From the NCBI GenBank assembly GCA_964016885.1, contig OZ024745.1:103912001-103976000 (forward strand): a DNA stretch of 64,000 nt, read 5' to 3'. This DNA comes from Eledone cirrhosa. Taxonomy: Eukaryota. Below the pieces are notes generated by a model. The model was given only the letters and a program-made list of their open reading frames with translations, searched no databases and was not told the DNA's origin. This document shows, piece by piece, positions 1-12,210 of the stretch. Numbering within the stretch: the stretch's first letter is position 1; each line of letters begins with the position of its first letter. The translations under genes were made by a program, and so were the position numbers.

Positions 1-664
1 AGTCAGGCCTCTTGTTTTAATCAAATTAATATATAAACTTATAAATAAAATGCTGTATTGATCTGTATTGATCTTTGTGTGTGTATTGCTGGGTTGTACA
101 ATAAACTAAAGCTAATGTGTGTATGAATTATGCACCAAACTGAACAGGGATGCACATGGTGTCATTTCTTTGCCATTACATTTATACACACAGCTAGCAT
201 GGTTTGTTGCCTGTGAGAAACTAGGCTTGACTTCTAAACAAAATACATGAAAAATTGACTTTGGTGTGATATAGACTTTTATTCAAATATACATCGTGTA
301 CGTGTGTGTACATACATACGTTAGACATGTTGTGGGGAAGGGGTGGTTTATGGAGAAAGTTCTTTTTTCCCCCCAATAAGACTTTTTCATATTTTGAAAT
401 ATCTGTTGAAGCACCTGAAACACTTTCACTTTATCTTGATCTGGTAAATTTGTGCATGTATCTCTTAACGCTTTTGCATTTAAACTGGCTGTACCTGTCC
501 AGAATTTTCTCACCCTTTTCTGTCCAAACCAGATGTAATTGGTCACTGATACTGATGTGAAGGTTTTGTTCTCAAAATAAATAACATCCAAAATCTTATT
601 CAATATTATGTGAGATAAAAGCCTTCAGCATGAAAATACAATAGCATATATAGATTAATGTAAA

Positions 665-866
665 ACCTTTTCATACCAAACCACTTGAAACGGCCCCTAG
701 TTTTACAATATAAAACTTTGTCGAACTGCTTGTATTTTATCTAAAATCCTTCAATCATGATTTTTATGTAAAACTTTTGTTCCAAAGACAAGTTTATTGA
801 AAAGTTATATTACTATGTGAATGCCTCCAATTTCAAAATTATTTCAGCAATATTGTAACAAAAGAG
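665..866 (-). mobile_element. piggyBac-type MITE, family 2 (degenerate)
   Basis: Reverse complement aligns by eye with 51495-51733; TTAA at 867-870; left end decayed. Confidence 0.45.
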
Positions 867-997
867 TTAAACAACATCCAATAGCATGTTATATATATAT
901 ATTCACACACATACTGAATGACAATGTTGAATAAGTTACCTATGTTATGTTTCTTTTTTTACATACTGAAAGGTATTTTATTTTATCCAATATTTTA

Positions 998-1035
<38 letters not shown>

Positions 1036-1736
1036 AAAAATAATAAAGAATATTTAGTCAAACCTATAGAAAAAGTAAGTGGCATTGGAATTTTATTAAT
1101 GAAAGCATTATTGGGATATATTATACAAGTGAAACAGTGGCGAACAGGGGTATAATGGTGTTAGTTGGCAATTTATTTTAAGCTAGTACTAAATATGTAT
1201 GAGCATAAGATTAGCTCTTTGATAATTTACAGAGAATGATTTTTATCCTTTCATAGCTTGTTCCCCAAGGCTACAAACATCTTGTTTGTTATATGGATTT
1301 TGGTTTATTGCTCAATGATTGCTTCTTATTTGTAATAGAGTTCATTGATTATGTGTTATTCTAATCAAATGTAGACTAGATTGAAAATATACATTTCAAA
1401 TAGCCTTATTGCCAACTGTTTAAAATTATTAAGCTGGTTTTGAGATAGTTAAACACATTGCATATTGTTGGACTAATTGTTTTTACAGCTGGTTACCCTT
1501 CCTGTTATTAATCACTCAACAGTGAAGTAAAAGTGGAGCTTACTGTCACAGACTAAATAATGCTGAGAGCAGTGGTAACAAGCTTTACATAACATTCATC
1601 TGTTACGTTAGAAAATGTGCTGCTATATTAACTAAATATTCTTTGCCTAGTCTTTAAGAATTTTCTACCATCATATGAAGAGTATACCAGTAACATTTTA
1701 ATTTCTTCTATATGATGTGGATCAGTATGAAATTTA

Positions 1737-1975
1737 TCATCATCATCATCATCATCATCATCACTGTTTTAGGTCCGTTCTTTCACGCTTGCATGTGTTA
1801 GATGGGTTGTCCTGTTGTGGGCAGTGTCCAGTCAGCTGACCTTGCCTTGCTCATATGGGAACTGATTCTGGCTTGATTTCTACAGCTGGATGGCCTTCCT
1901 AACACCAACCTCATTTACAGTGAGTGCTGGGTGCTTTTTTTCCGTGGCACCTCCATGACCACTTTGCAGTGGGAA
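1737..1975 (-). mobile_element. 5'-truncated RTE-tailed retroelement (3' UTR/SINE-like family ending in (ATG)n)
   Basis: (CAT)n tail, GGATGGCCTTCCTAACACCAAC family motif and about one 48-bp unit, shared with many copies in the window. Confidence 0.7.
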
Positions 1976-2154
1976 AATCACCCATTACTTTGGGGAGATA
2001 TTTTTAATTTAAGTTACGGGCGTACAGCTTTTTATAGTACCTTATTTAGTCACTTATCAAAGTTAATTTTATACTTTTCACTAAATAGAACATAGTTGTA
2101 AGAGGCAAACTTCTAATAGATAACTCTGCCTAAAGAGCATTATTGATTTATATA

Positions 2155-2340
2155 GCGGTGAATTGGCAGTATCAGTAGAGAGTCGGACGCCATGCTTTGC
2201 AGCATAGTTACGTCCCTTTAAGATCTGAGTTCAAATCCCGCCAAGGTTAACTTTGCCTTTCATCCTTACGGGGTCAATAAAATAAAAGTACCAGTAATGT
2301 ACTGGGTAATTGCTGGCCTTGTGCCAAAAGTAGAAACAAT
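2155..2340 (+). mobile_element. tRNA-derived SINE, full length with TSD
   Basis: B-box-like GAGTTCAAATCCC, core CTTTGCCTTTCATCCTTACGGGGTC; 18-bp direct repeat ATTATTGATTTATATAGC at 2139-2156 and 2339-2356. Confidence 0.85.
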
Positions 2341-2440
2341 TATTGATTTATATAGCAAAACGTTTTGAGTTAGGTTAAGTTTGAGCATATAAAAATAGGA
2401 AGCAGCTTATATATAAGATTCTGTTGAAATTTTATTTCAG

Positions 2441-2553
2441 TTTATCCAAATTCCATCACTCAGAGGGGAAAATAGAACATTCCAGTTCTCATTATCAAGT
2501 ATACAAGGTGACCTGAATGGCAGTTTTGATTGTTTAGAGCAAACTACTTCTAG
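2441..2553 (+). CDS. ELL: ELL exon (N-terminal ELL domain)
   Basis: tttcag|FIQIPSLRGENRTFQFSLSSIQGDLNGSFDCLEQTTS|gtaagt. Confidence 0.9.
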
Positions 2554-5500
2554 GTAAGTATTATTATTTCCAATTTGTTTGTTTTTGCAAATTGTCATGT
2601 TGCGAAGCTACTTTAGAAATCTTTCTAGATTTTATAGAGGCAGCACTTTGCAACTATATGCATATCTTTTGTTTTGAGATGGTTCTTTTCATTACTTTGG
2701 GGAGATATTTTAAATTTAAGTTACAAACGTACAGCCTTTTATAGTACCTTAATTTAGTCACTTATTTGTTTGGTGTATGTATGTGTATCAAGGACATCTG
2801 TCTAAATTTTTGACACTAATGTTTTTTTTTTAATACTATTCTCAAAATGTTTTGGTAATTTTAGGAATATAAGGAGACCTAATTTATATTTATTACCCAC
2901 TGTAAATTATAACAATTTAAACTTTCTTTTTACTCATGTTATATTTGCATGCAATTAAAAAGTTTCTATTATATGCTACATTGATACTGAAATTTTTATT
3001 TAGATCTTAACAAAATATCAAATCTAATTTTTTTAGCATATTACTAACTCCACTGTAGTCTTAATATTTATATTTTCACTTCCTATAGATTTGGAAGCCA
3101 TATAAATTCTTTAGGCTGTATGACTCAGAAGATAGTAGTGCAAGCTTCTGATGATGTCTACAAAACAACCAAGGAACGTATGACATTGGCTGAAGAAGAG
3201 AGCAAAAAAGTTTGGTGAGTTAATATTTAATATTTTTTCAAAATACTGTGAGAAGATAAATATTGGTTTCTAAACATAGTTTATTCAATTACCACAATTT
3301 ATTTGTTTTATCAATTTTGGCAAGGCCACTTAATTTTAGAATTTGGACTCTACAATAGGTAGTCTACTGTTTGAAATAAACTGGAATTCCCAAAGCCAGG
3401 AGATGGTAGCTGTTCATATCCTACAGCAATTGAATAGCTTGTCTGTTGTTAATTCCATGATTTGGGGAGTCATGGATTTTATTGCATAAATCTTAGTGTT
3501 TATGTACATCTATTCATATTAGAATGTGTCAAAATATATCAGATGCAATTATATTAAGAAAAAATATATGTAACAAATGAATGTATTTAAAATAAATTCC
3601 CAATATACTGGGGTTGATTTGACTTTCCTTTCCCCTAAAATTGTTGGCCTTGTGCATAAATCAGAAACTATTATCATTATTATTACGATCTGAGTTCAAA
3701 TCCCGCCGAGGTTGACTTTGCCTTTCATCCTTACGGGGGTCGATAAAATAAAGTACCAGTAATGCACTGGGTAATTGCTGGCCTTGTGCCTAGCGTAGAA
3801 ACAATTATTATTATTCAGTGGATTGGCAGTATCAGTAAAGCATCAGACATGCTTCACCGCAGTTGCGGCCCTTTACGTTCTGAGTTCAAATCCTGCCGAG
3901 GTTGGCTTTGCCTTTCATCCTTACAGTGTCGATAAAGCACCAGTAATGCACTGGGGTTGATTTGATCAACGTCCCCTCGCCCCCAAAATTGCTGGCCTTC
4001 TGCCTAAAGTAGAAACAATTATTATTCAGTTGCTCATTTTGAACAGTTAAAATAAATGATGTACAAGGGTGGGCTGAAAATTTCACAGGCTGACTATGAA
4101 GGAGTGATGCTACTGCGGTGAAATTTAGTATGCATTAATTTCAACTATTCTTATTGCTAATTGCATTGTTTCTCTCCACGTAAATTGAAGTCTTCTTTGA
4201 ACAGTCAGATGTCAATGGTAACTAGTAGCAACTTATCTTGAAAATAAACATTTAGCATTGTGGTATTGTCAAGTACCTGAAGAAAAAGGACCCCATCAAT
4301 GGAGAGTACAATGCCAGCTTGCTGAAGAAATTATGAAAGGCCAAACACCCAGGATAACTGACGAAAGTGGTCTTGTTTCATCAGGACGATGCTACAGCAC
4401 ACAAGTTCTTCGTTTCAATGGCTGCTGTGAATGACTGTGGCTTTGAACTAGTTGATCACTCTCCCTAGTCTCCTGATTTGTCTCCATCTGACTATTATCT
4501 GTTCCCTAATATGAAAAAACACTGGAAACCAGTATTGCAGTGACAATGTTGACTTTTTTAACTAACAGGATGAAAGCTTCTTCACTAATGGAATCCAAAC
4601 AGTACAACATCGTTGGAAGAAGTGTGTGGACCACAAGGGGGAACTATGTTGAAAAATATACCTAATTTGGTCAGCCTATGAACTTTTAAGCAAACCCTCA
4701 TAAGGCAGGGTTTAAATACTCTTTTCTGTCTGTCAATCTGACACACATTAGTGACTGTTTTGATGAGAAGTTTCAATAAGACTTAAGCTTGTCTAAAGTT
4801 TTCACTGCCTGCCAAAGATCAGATTAGTCTTCCCCCAACATTTCCTATTTCCATTTTGGTGTGCTTTTGAGTTGTCTTTGTTTGGTAGATTTATATATTT
4901 TTCAATGTTTACCTCATTATATAGGTAGTCTTAATTCATAAGTCATTATGCTCATCTCATTAAGCACTTATTTCATGATTATAATCATAGTTTGGTATCT
5001 TATTTTTCTGATTCCAAATCAAAATAACAACATGGCTATTCTTCCCAAACAGTAAATAGATTATCTTGATAAAAATTTACTGCAAGTAAGCAATTGGAAT
5101 GGTATCCACTTCTTGGACTATTCTCTTTTTATTTTATTTAACAATTTCCCCCACCATCAGATAAATATGTTAATATTGGTTTTAATAAAAAAAAACTCTG
5201 GTTATTTATCTGTATAAATTATTGTAATTAAATATTTAAAAAAAATTTTTTTTTGTCTTCAGTACGAAGGAAATCAAGCCAACTGGATCATTTATGCGCA
5301 CCATATTCAAAAAAGTCCATAAAAACTCTAATTCTATCTCTTTGAATAAAACTCAAAGTGCAATAAACCAATCATGGTCTGGCCATGGTCCCCATCATAT
5401 ATCGCACCATTCTGGGGTGTCAGGCAACTCTGGTAGTCATTCCAATATTGTTGGTAATGGTTATTCTAATCAGAGTAGGTTACCATCTTTACACTCTTCA

Positions 5501-6942
5501 TCGTCACCACATACTGGAACTGGTTTTTCTCAGCCAGGGAGCAGCATAAAAAGAAATGTCCATAAATCAGCTATAGTTGATGAACCATATCGGTTAGTGT
5601 TAACATTTAATTTTTTTTAAATATTGTGTATTAACCCTTTAGCATTTACATTACTCTAGTTACTATTATATTTTCATGGTAAAAGTTTTACCTCACATAA
5701 TATTAAATCTATGAGATTTGGGTATTTATTTTGAGAACAATACCGTAAAATAGTATGAGGGGCTGGTTACAGCCAGTTTGAACAGAAAGAGGGTGAAAGA
5801 ATTCTGGCCGGATATGGGTGGTTTAAATGCTAAAGGGTTAAACATTAAATTGTGTGTGTGTGTGTGTGCGCGCGCGCGTGTGTATATGGCTGTAAAACAT
5901 TTTCTCAAAACATGCTGTCCAATCCATGCCAGTATGGAATGTGGACGTAAAAACGATTATGATGATATCCCTTTTCAGATGTTTCGTTTTCTTTTATATT
6001 GCTTATAATCTTTTTAACTTTATATTTCAGTGATAGAATTATTCATTTATTGGCTCTACGTCCTTATAATAAGGCCGAATTGCTGCTACGGTTAAAAAAA
6101 GGTATGGTGTTTTTGTGATTTAAAAAATATATTTTTTTAGTTATTTTCAAATAATAGAACATCTAAGATGCTTAAATCTTAAACTATATCTTGAGAAACT
6201 AATTCTTTCATAAATCTGCATGGCAGAAATTTAAAATAGTTAAATTGTGTTCTGGTAAACCATAGTTATTTAAAAAAAAAAAAAAAAAAAACTTTTTTTT
6301 TTACTTGGTCATTATTTTTCAGTTGCTTTTATTTGTTCATTTCAGATGGTATTCTTGATAAGGATAAAAGTTGTTTAGCATCTATATTAGATGAAGTTGC
6401 CTCACAGTATAAAGATAATAAATATACTTTGGCCAAACATGTATTAAGTGAAGTGCGGTTAGAATGGCCCTATTACTCGGATGGGGAGCGTCAGTTAGTT
6501 CGAAGGTAAGTTACTCCTACCATTTTACAATTGGGGCAAGAGAATTTTTAACCTTACATATTTGAATGTGCAATGTTAATGTAAGACAATGACAGAGCAT
6601 GGATGAATTGAGAGAAAAACTTGAGTTTAAGAGGAATCAGGATTAGTAAGAGAAAAGACTGTTAGTGTTGATTTGTGACGTGCATGGATGGTGATCACTG
6701 GCTGAAGAAGTGCCAAGAAATCCCAGTGGAAGGAAGACCTGGAGAGAGGTGATGAGAGCTGATTTCAAATTGCTGAAACTCAGTGATGACGACGAAGGAT
6801 CACACCATGTGGAGAGATGATGTGCTGAAAAGGACCCATCTAACACAATGCAAGCATGAGAAAACAGGCGTAAAAACAATGATTTATTTGTTCTTCCTAG
6901 TCTTTATTTGAACTAAATTCTCTTATCCTATTTCAAAAAACA

Positions 6943-7026
<84 letters not shown>

Positions 7027-10000
7027 TAATTGCATTTGATAATATAATCCAAGATACACAATGGCTCACTAGAGACAGGTTGGTCATGGTAATCAATCTG
7101 GGATGGAAATAAACAATGTGTATGATTCAAGTCAGTTAATATGGAAAATATTAAGTTTGGGCTGTTGTAAACTGATACATTTCCTTCCCAAAAGAAGCCA
7201 TATTTTGGGTTTGCTGTATGTTCATGTCTAATCTTTAGCACATATTGAATTACACTTGTACTATATAAAAGCTTTTTGTTTTTTATGTTTGCTATAGAAG
7301 AGTTTGAGCTAAATTACTGAACTAGTCGTCTCTCATTACTGCTTTCTGACGTGTTGTGGAATTTGTCTGAGTTCAGTGAAGACAATGGACCTGGCAACTT
7401 TTTGTACAAAATTTTATCTGCTGCTTAGGACTGTTAGTACAGAGAACACCTCTCCATTTTAGTCTTTGAAGGTCATGTTCAAATATTTCTACTAAATCGA
7501 AAAGGGTTGCCTCACCTGCTAGAGGCATCAGCCAATTTCCCTCAAACTGCACTCAGCCATTCCAAAAAGGAAAGAGTACATTGGGTAATGTAAGGCTAGA
7601 TTGGATGGTCATGGTTGGAATGCCTTTGAATATGTTTCTTGGGAATGAACGACTACTACTACTATATAGTATCCAAGGTGCATGCAACAAAACTGGTAAT
7701 GAAGTAGCTTTTTGCAAATTCTAGGAAAATCATTTTTAGCCATCCTATGGTTAAATTATTTTTTTGTCAAATGTTCTGTACAAAATGTTTAAATTGCATA
7801 TAAATATGGAAAAGAAAATTCACCATGAAGAGAATTAACGATTGTCTTATGAAGGAAACATAATTTTCTCGGTTTTTGTGCCCTTCAAATCTATAAACAT
7901 AACACTTCATTCAACATAGTTTCTGATTTTGTTTTCTATTTTTTTAACCCTTTAGCATTCACATTATTTTATATATACTATTGTATTTTCACAGAAAAGG
8001 CTGTATCTCACATAATTATCTCATAATATCAAATCTATGAGATTTTGATATTTATTTTGAGAATAATACCATAACATCATGTTTGAACAGAAAGGGGGGA
8101 GAGAATTCTGGCTGGATACAGCCGGTTTAAATGCTAAAGGGTTAAATTTTTATATTATTTTCCTAGTTTTCTTTCTTTTTTACTATTAATAGAACTATTA
8201 TCAATAGTAAGCTTAACACTAACTTTTAATCCTTTCACACCCTCAGCAGCCAGAAACATTTTCAGAGTTTTAACACAGTAACATAATCGACTTACTTCTT
8301 TAATATAAGTAGTGTGTGTGTGTGTGTGTGGTGTCCCCCAAAAATGTATACACACTTTGGTTACCTGTACAAACAAAATTAGAATGCTGTTGAAGTGTGG
8401 ATACATTTTTGGGGGACATCCTGTATACACATAAACATACCATCAGTTCATCATCATCAGCTTTGTTTTTCTATACTGGTTGACATAATTCTGCTATTTT
8501 GTGCTGATTGTTAGTTTCTTGTAATTATAAAATTGTGTATACGTTCAGGAAGTGGAGTTTTAAGAAGTAGTTTGAAAAGGGTTTTTTATAAGATGATTTT
8601 CTCGTAACAATGAACAACATATATTATCAATTGTTCTGGGTGTGAAATGGTTAAATATAGCCATAAAGTGTAACTTTTTTCATAGTGTATTCCATGCTAT
8701 TTTATATTTTATCAGGAGAATAGCAACTGATGGTCGGAGTGCTTCGAATTCTCCCGAAGAGTCCTCACCTCACCACAATAACAGTTTGCCTACTAGCTGT
8801 AGCCCATATGGGGCAAACAATTTACAAGTTAGTATCATTCAGTGCTCAGTTTATATTCTATTGCTGTACATTGGTTTACTTTCGTGATCTATTTGAGTTA
8901 AAGTAGTTAGTAGTTATAAACATTTTAATAGTCTCGATTTCTGGGTATATTATGAGCAATTTTGCATTCTTCAGAAGCGAATGCCTGACAGTTCGGCTGT
9001 CGATGGTAATTTTCATCCTCCAAAGAAACTACGGGTTTCACCTCCCATGTTGGGAGACAAACCAATTAACGGGACTGTTAAGAAGCCTTCTGCAAAAATC
9101 GAAAACCACTCAGCTTCCAATAATGTTGCAAACAACACTTTAACTAATGGCCTGAACAAAACAGCCGATCAGAACCAGACTCATCAAAATTCTAGAAACA
9201 ACTACAGTGATCATCAGGCTGTTGTGTCCAGCAAACGTGAAGGTACGTACTCTAATTCAATGATTCTGATGACTATAAATAGATTGGGCATCTTGCCTAT
9301 TTGCTCTACATTATTATTATTACTTATTATTATAATGATGAGACGTTAAATGATGATGATAATTGTGGATTGACAGTATCAGTAGAGGGTCACGCCATGC
9401 TTTGCAGCACAGCTACGTCCCTTTACGGTCTGAGTTCAAATCTTGCCGAGCTTAACTTTGCTTTTCATCCTTATGGGGTTGATAAAAATAAAGTATCTGT
9501 AATGCACTTAGATAATTGCTGGCCTTGTGCCAAGAAGTAGAAACAATTATTGTTGGGGTAGCTTGTGGGTTTAATTGCAAAAAATTCAAGTGTTTGAACA
9601 CAAGGAACTTCTTTTAAATCACCCCCTATCATCTTAAATAATTTTCTACTTTTGGCACAAGGCCAGCAATTACCCAGTGCATTACTGGTACTTTATTTTA
9701 TCGACCCTGTAAGGATGAAAGGCAAAGTTAACCTCAGCGGGATTTGAACTCAGAATGGCAAGGGCCGTAACTCTGCGTCAAAGCATGGTGTCCGATCCTC
9801 TACCGATACTGCCAATCCACCGCCCTTCTTAAATGAAGGGGCTTCATTAGTTAATGTAGGTTCACATATCTCTAAAAAGATATGGTCACTGTAATTCTTT
9901 TGATAATAAATTTTCTCAATCAGGCTTGTCCTGGAGCTTAGCAACACCTCCAGCTATAGTTTTTGTTAAAATCTTAGTCTGGAATTGGTTTGGTGAATAA

Positions 10001-12210
10001 AAATTAAATATTTGTTCTCTTTTATATATTCTCCCTGATGATTTAAAAAAAAAAAAGTGTCAATTTTTCAAATAACATCTTAGTGTCACTTGCAAAATTG
10101 TAATACGCAAAATGATTTTTCTGTATATCTGAAGCTGGTCTATGTTAGTGATTTCCTATATCCCTATCTCAGTTATTGCAGACACCTGTATCTGTCTGAG
10201 ACTTCAGTTATATATATATATATATATATTTACTCCTAGACTACTGCTAGAAATAAGTCATATCTCCCTTAAATCAAACCATAATGCCTTAAGAACAGGA
10301 GGACACCTTGAATGAATAATGTAGTCTTAGAAAATGGACAGGATAGTCACAACTGTAGTGCCATTAGTTATAGGGCTGCTAGATCACCCAACTACAGTTA
10401 TAAATACTTGATAATTTGTCAATAGTTGAAAGCATGTTTTGATTTCATAAAATTTCTCATTTCAGAAATACCTTCTCCTTCGTCTTCACCAGACAATGAC
10501 ACTTCTAATTATCTAAAGTAAGTTGTTAACATTTCATATGCATTCTGTTACTGAAGATTTCAAAGATTTCATTATTATTAACTCTTTCTGGACAAACCAT
10601 GTTAATCTGTGAATTCTGTCTTTCAGTAAATATTCTGTGATATGCCGCGATAGCCAACGCCAGGAATATAAGAAAGACTTCAATGTTGACTATTTTGAAT
10701 ACCAACAGCTATATATCATTATCAACAAAGTCTCCCAGAAATTTCTGGATTGGAATAGCCAAATGAAGAAGGTCTCAAAGGGATCTCCAGATTATGAGGT
10801 AAATTATATTTGTTTTCTAGTTAACTAGATGATATTCATAGCACTGGTGGGAGCTGGTAATACACTGGTTAAATGGTTTTAGTTGTCTGCTGTTAGCTGA
10901 GTTGTCAAAAAAGGATCTCTAAAGCTAACTTTAAAATGTAAAGCTGTGAATACAGATGATCTCTAGCAGTTCAAAAGCAAGTTGAATATAGGTCATGGGG
11001 AATGGAACATTATTTACCTGTGGAAAAGATTTAGTATAGATAAGTTTCTAGGCATATATTAGGCATTTATAAGATTTATAAAATTAGGCTGAAGTTGGGT
11101 TCACATCCACATGGTTTTGGATTTAATCCTAGTGTAGCACTTTAATTGAGTATCTTCTACTATAGCATCAAGCAGACCAGTGTATGTGTGATCACTAGGG
11201 CAGCAGTGACATTTGTTTGTGTCGCATAAATAAGCCCAGTGGAATAAAGTGTCTTATTTAAAAACAATGGTGGGTTTGCCGAAAGGAATTTTATCCAACC
11301 CATGCCAGCATGGAAAAAGCAGATGTAACAATGATTGCATTGATTATTCCTTTTTTTAGCATTAAAATATCAGACAGACTTCAATAATATAGACATACTT
11401 TCATATATACTGATGCCATTCAATAGATTGTGTACATATTGTGTGGAGTTTGATTTATGTTTGTAATAGTTATTCTTACCTTATGAATTAGGAAGTATCT
11501 GAAAATATGTAGGTGTACAGGTGAGACAAGCCCAAATGTAAATTAGTAAAAAGACAGTTTGATTTCATAGTATGTTTTTTAATATTTTAATGCCAATCTT
11601 TTGGTAGTGTTGTTGGGCAATGGAAAATATATATTTACATTGTGCTGTGCTGCATAATTGAAGAAAACTAAATTACAATTGTTATAAAATTCTGGTTAAA
11701 ATAACTTGAAGATTCATAACTACTGCTAATTTAATGTAGCTATCATCTGAGGTGTTGGCGCTAAATATGAAAACAAGCTGCCCTTAAATTATTATTTTAA
11801 GATAATAGTAGCTTCTGACAGGACCTGCTGGAAGGAGTGTTTGAGGGCCTTGCTCCCTCAACCCTCTCAGGAATAAGTGGGCAAAGATTAAGTTAAATTC
11901 ATACTTTAACAAAATATTCTGATATAAAATTACATTGAAAGATTTTTGAAAATGGATGGGCCAGTTTCAAAAGGGTTGATTAAAGTTTATTAGATTTCTC
12001 TTTCCTTCACTTGATTTCTTAATATAATTATTTTTATTTATTTTTCAGAAACTGGAGAGAAAAATATTTAAAGAATATGAACTGACTAAAAACAACCCCA
12101 AATTTATGGAAACTAAAATTAGATTTGAATTTCTAGACCGCAAATTGAGACATATAAAAAAGTTGGTTTCAGACTACGACCAAAAGCAAATGGCTATGAT
12201 GAGATCCTAA
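2441..12210 (+). CDS. ELL: RNA polymerase II elongation factor ELL homologue, 5'-partial, 10 coding exons (gene span)
   Basis: join(2441-2553,3089-3214,5263-5592,6031-6101,6346-6505,8716-8827,8975-9242,10466-10517,10627-10798,12049-12210); all GT-AG with consistent phases; ELL motifs GSFDC, RDRIIHLLALRPY, WPYYS and C-terminal occludin/ELL domain KLRHIKKLVSDYD. Confidence 0.95.
3089..3214 (+). CDS. ELL: ELL exon
   Basis: ctatag|FGSHINSLGCMTQKIVVQASDDVYKTTKERMTLAEEESKKV|gtgagt. Confidence 0.92.
3600..4025 (+). mobile_element. Three stacked tRNA-SINE copies (3' fragment, 5'-truncated copy, near-full copy)
   Basis: Repeated SINE 3' end GCTGGCCTTGTGCC..AGAAACAATTATT; B-box segments at about 3690 and 3880. 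Confidence 0.8.
4064..4700 (+). mobile_element. mariner transposon, internally deleted relic
   Basis: About 30-bp imperfect TIRs (CAAGGGTGGGCTGAAAATTTCACAGGCTGAC / GTCAGCCTATGAACTTTTAAGCAAACCCTCA) flanked by TA; residual HQDDATAH and HSP*SPDLSPSDYYLFPNMK (YSPDLAPSD motif). Confidence 0.88.
5263..5592 (+). CDS. ELL: ELL exon (Ser/His/Gly-rich linker)
   Basis: cttcag|TKEIKPTGSFMRTIF...IVDEPY|gttagt; overlaps ORF 5294..5620. Confidence 0.9.
5635..5837 (+). mobile_element. piggyBac-type MITE, family 1
   Basis: TTAA-CCCTTTAGCATTTA ... TAAATGCTAAAGGG-TTAA. Confidence 0.85.
6031..6101 (+). CDS. ELL: ELL exon
   Basis: tttcag|DRIIHLLALRPYNKAELLLRLKK|gtatgg. Confidence 0.93.
6346..6505 (+). CDS. ELL: ELL exon
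   Basis: tttcag|GILDKDKSCLASILDEVA...VRLEWPYYSDGERQLVR|gtaagt. Confidence 0.93.
6640..6882 (+). mobile_element. RTE LINE 3' fragment
   Basis: Decayed GRKTWREVMRADFKLLKL followed by the GCAAGCATG..GGCGTAAAAAC tail; similar to 61850-62065. Confidence 0.65.
6944..7024. repeat. (TA)n microsatellite
   Basis: About 40 pure TA units. Confidence 0.95.
7948..8141 (+). mobile_element. piggyBac-type MITE, family 1
   Basis: TTAA TSD and CCCTTTAGCATT TIRs. Confidence 0.85.
8330..8425. mobile_element. Tc1/mariner-type MITE (about 100 bp)
   Basis: TIRs TGTCCCCCAAAAATGTATACACACTT / AAGTGTGGATACATTTTTGGGGGACATCCTG-TA. Confidence 0.75.
8716..8827 (+). CDS. ELL: ELL exon
   Basis: tatcag|RIATDGRSASNSPEESSP...GANNLQ|gttagt. 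Confidence 0.85.
8975..9242 (+). CDS. ELL: ELL exon (basic NLS-like PPKKLRVS)
   Basis: cttcag|KRMPDSSAVDGNFHPPKKLRVS...SSKRE|gtacgt. Confidence 0.87.
9365..9551 (+). mobile_element. tRNA-derived SINE
   Basis: Aligns with 2155-2340. Confidence 0.85.
9637..9825 (-). mobile_element. tRNA-derived SINE
   Basis: Reverse complement of the same family; TCTTAAAT on both sides (TSD). Confidence 0.87.
10466..10517 (+). CDS. ELL: ELL exon
   Basis: tttcag|IPSPSSSPDNDTSNYL|gtaagt; bridges phase 1 to phase 2. Confidence 0.85.
10627..10798 (+). CDS. ELL: ELL exon (occludin/ELL domain)
   Basis: tttcag|KYSVICRDSQRQEYKKDFNVDYFEYQQL...GSPDYE|gtaaat. Confidence 0.92.
11090..11335 (+). mobile_element. Decayed SINE-like element with RTE-type tail
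   Basis: GTAGCACTTT..GTATCTTCTACTATAGC head (compare 55335-55365) and CCATGCCAGCATGGAAAA..GATGT tail. Confidence 0.45.
12049..12210 (+). CDS. ELL: ELL last coding exon
   Basis: tttcag|KLERKIFKEYELTKNNPKFMETKIRFEFLDRKLRHIKKLVSDYDQKQMAMMRS*. Confidence 0.93.
   Translation, partial: KLERKIFKEYELTKNNPKFMETKIRFEFLDRKLRHIKKLVSDYDQKQMAMMRS

Noticed and set aside
1-2440. First exons or promoter of ELL
   Set aside because: No ELL-like N-terminal coding segment with matching splice phase was found; the short ORFs at 283-603 have no recognisable features.
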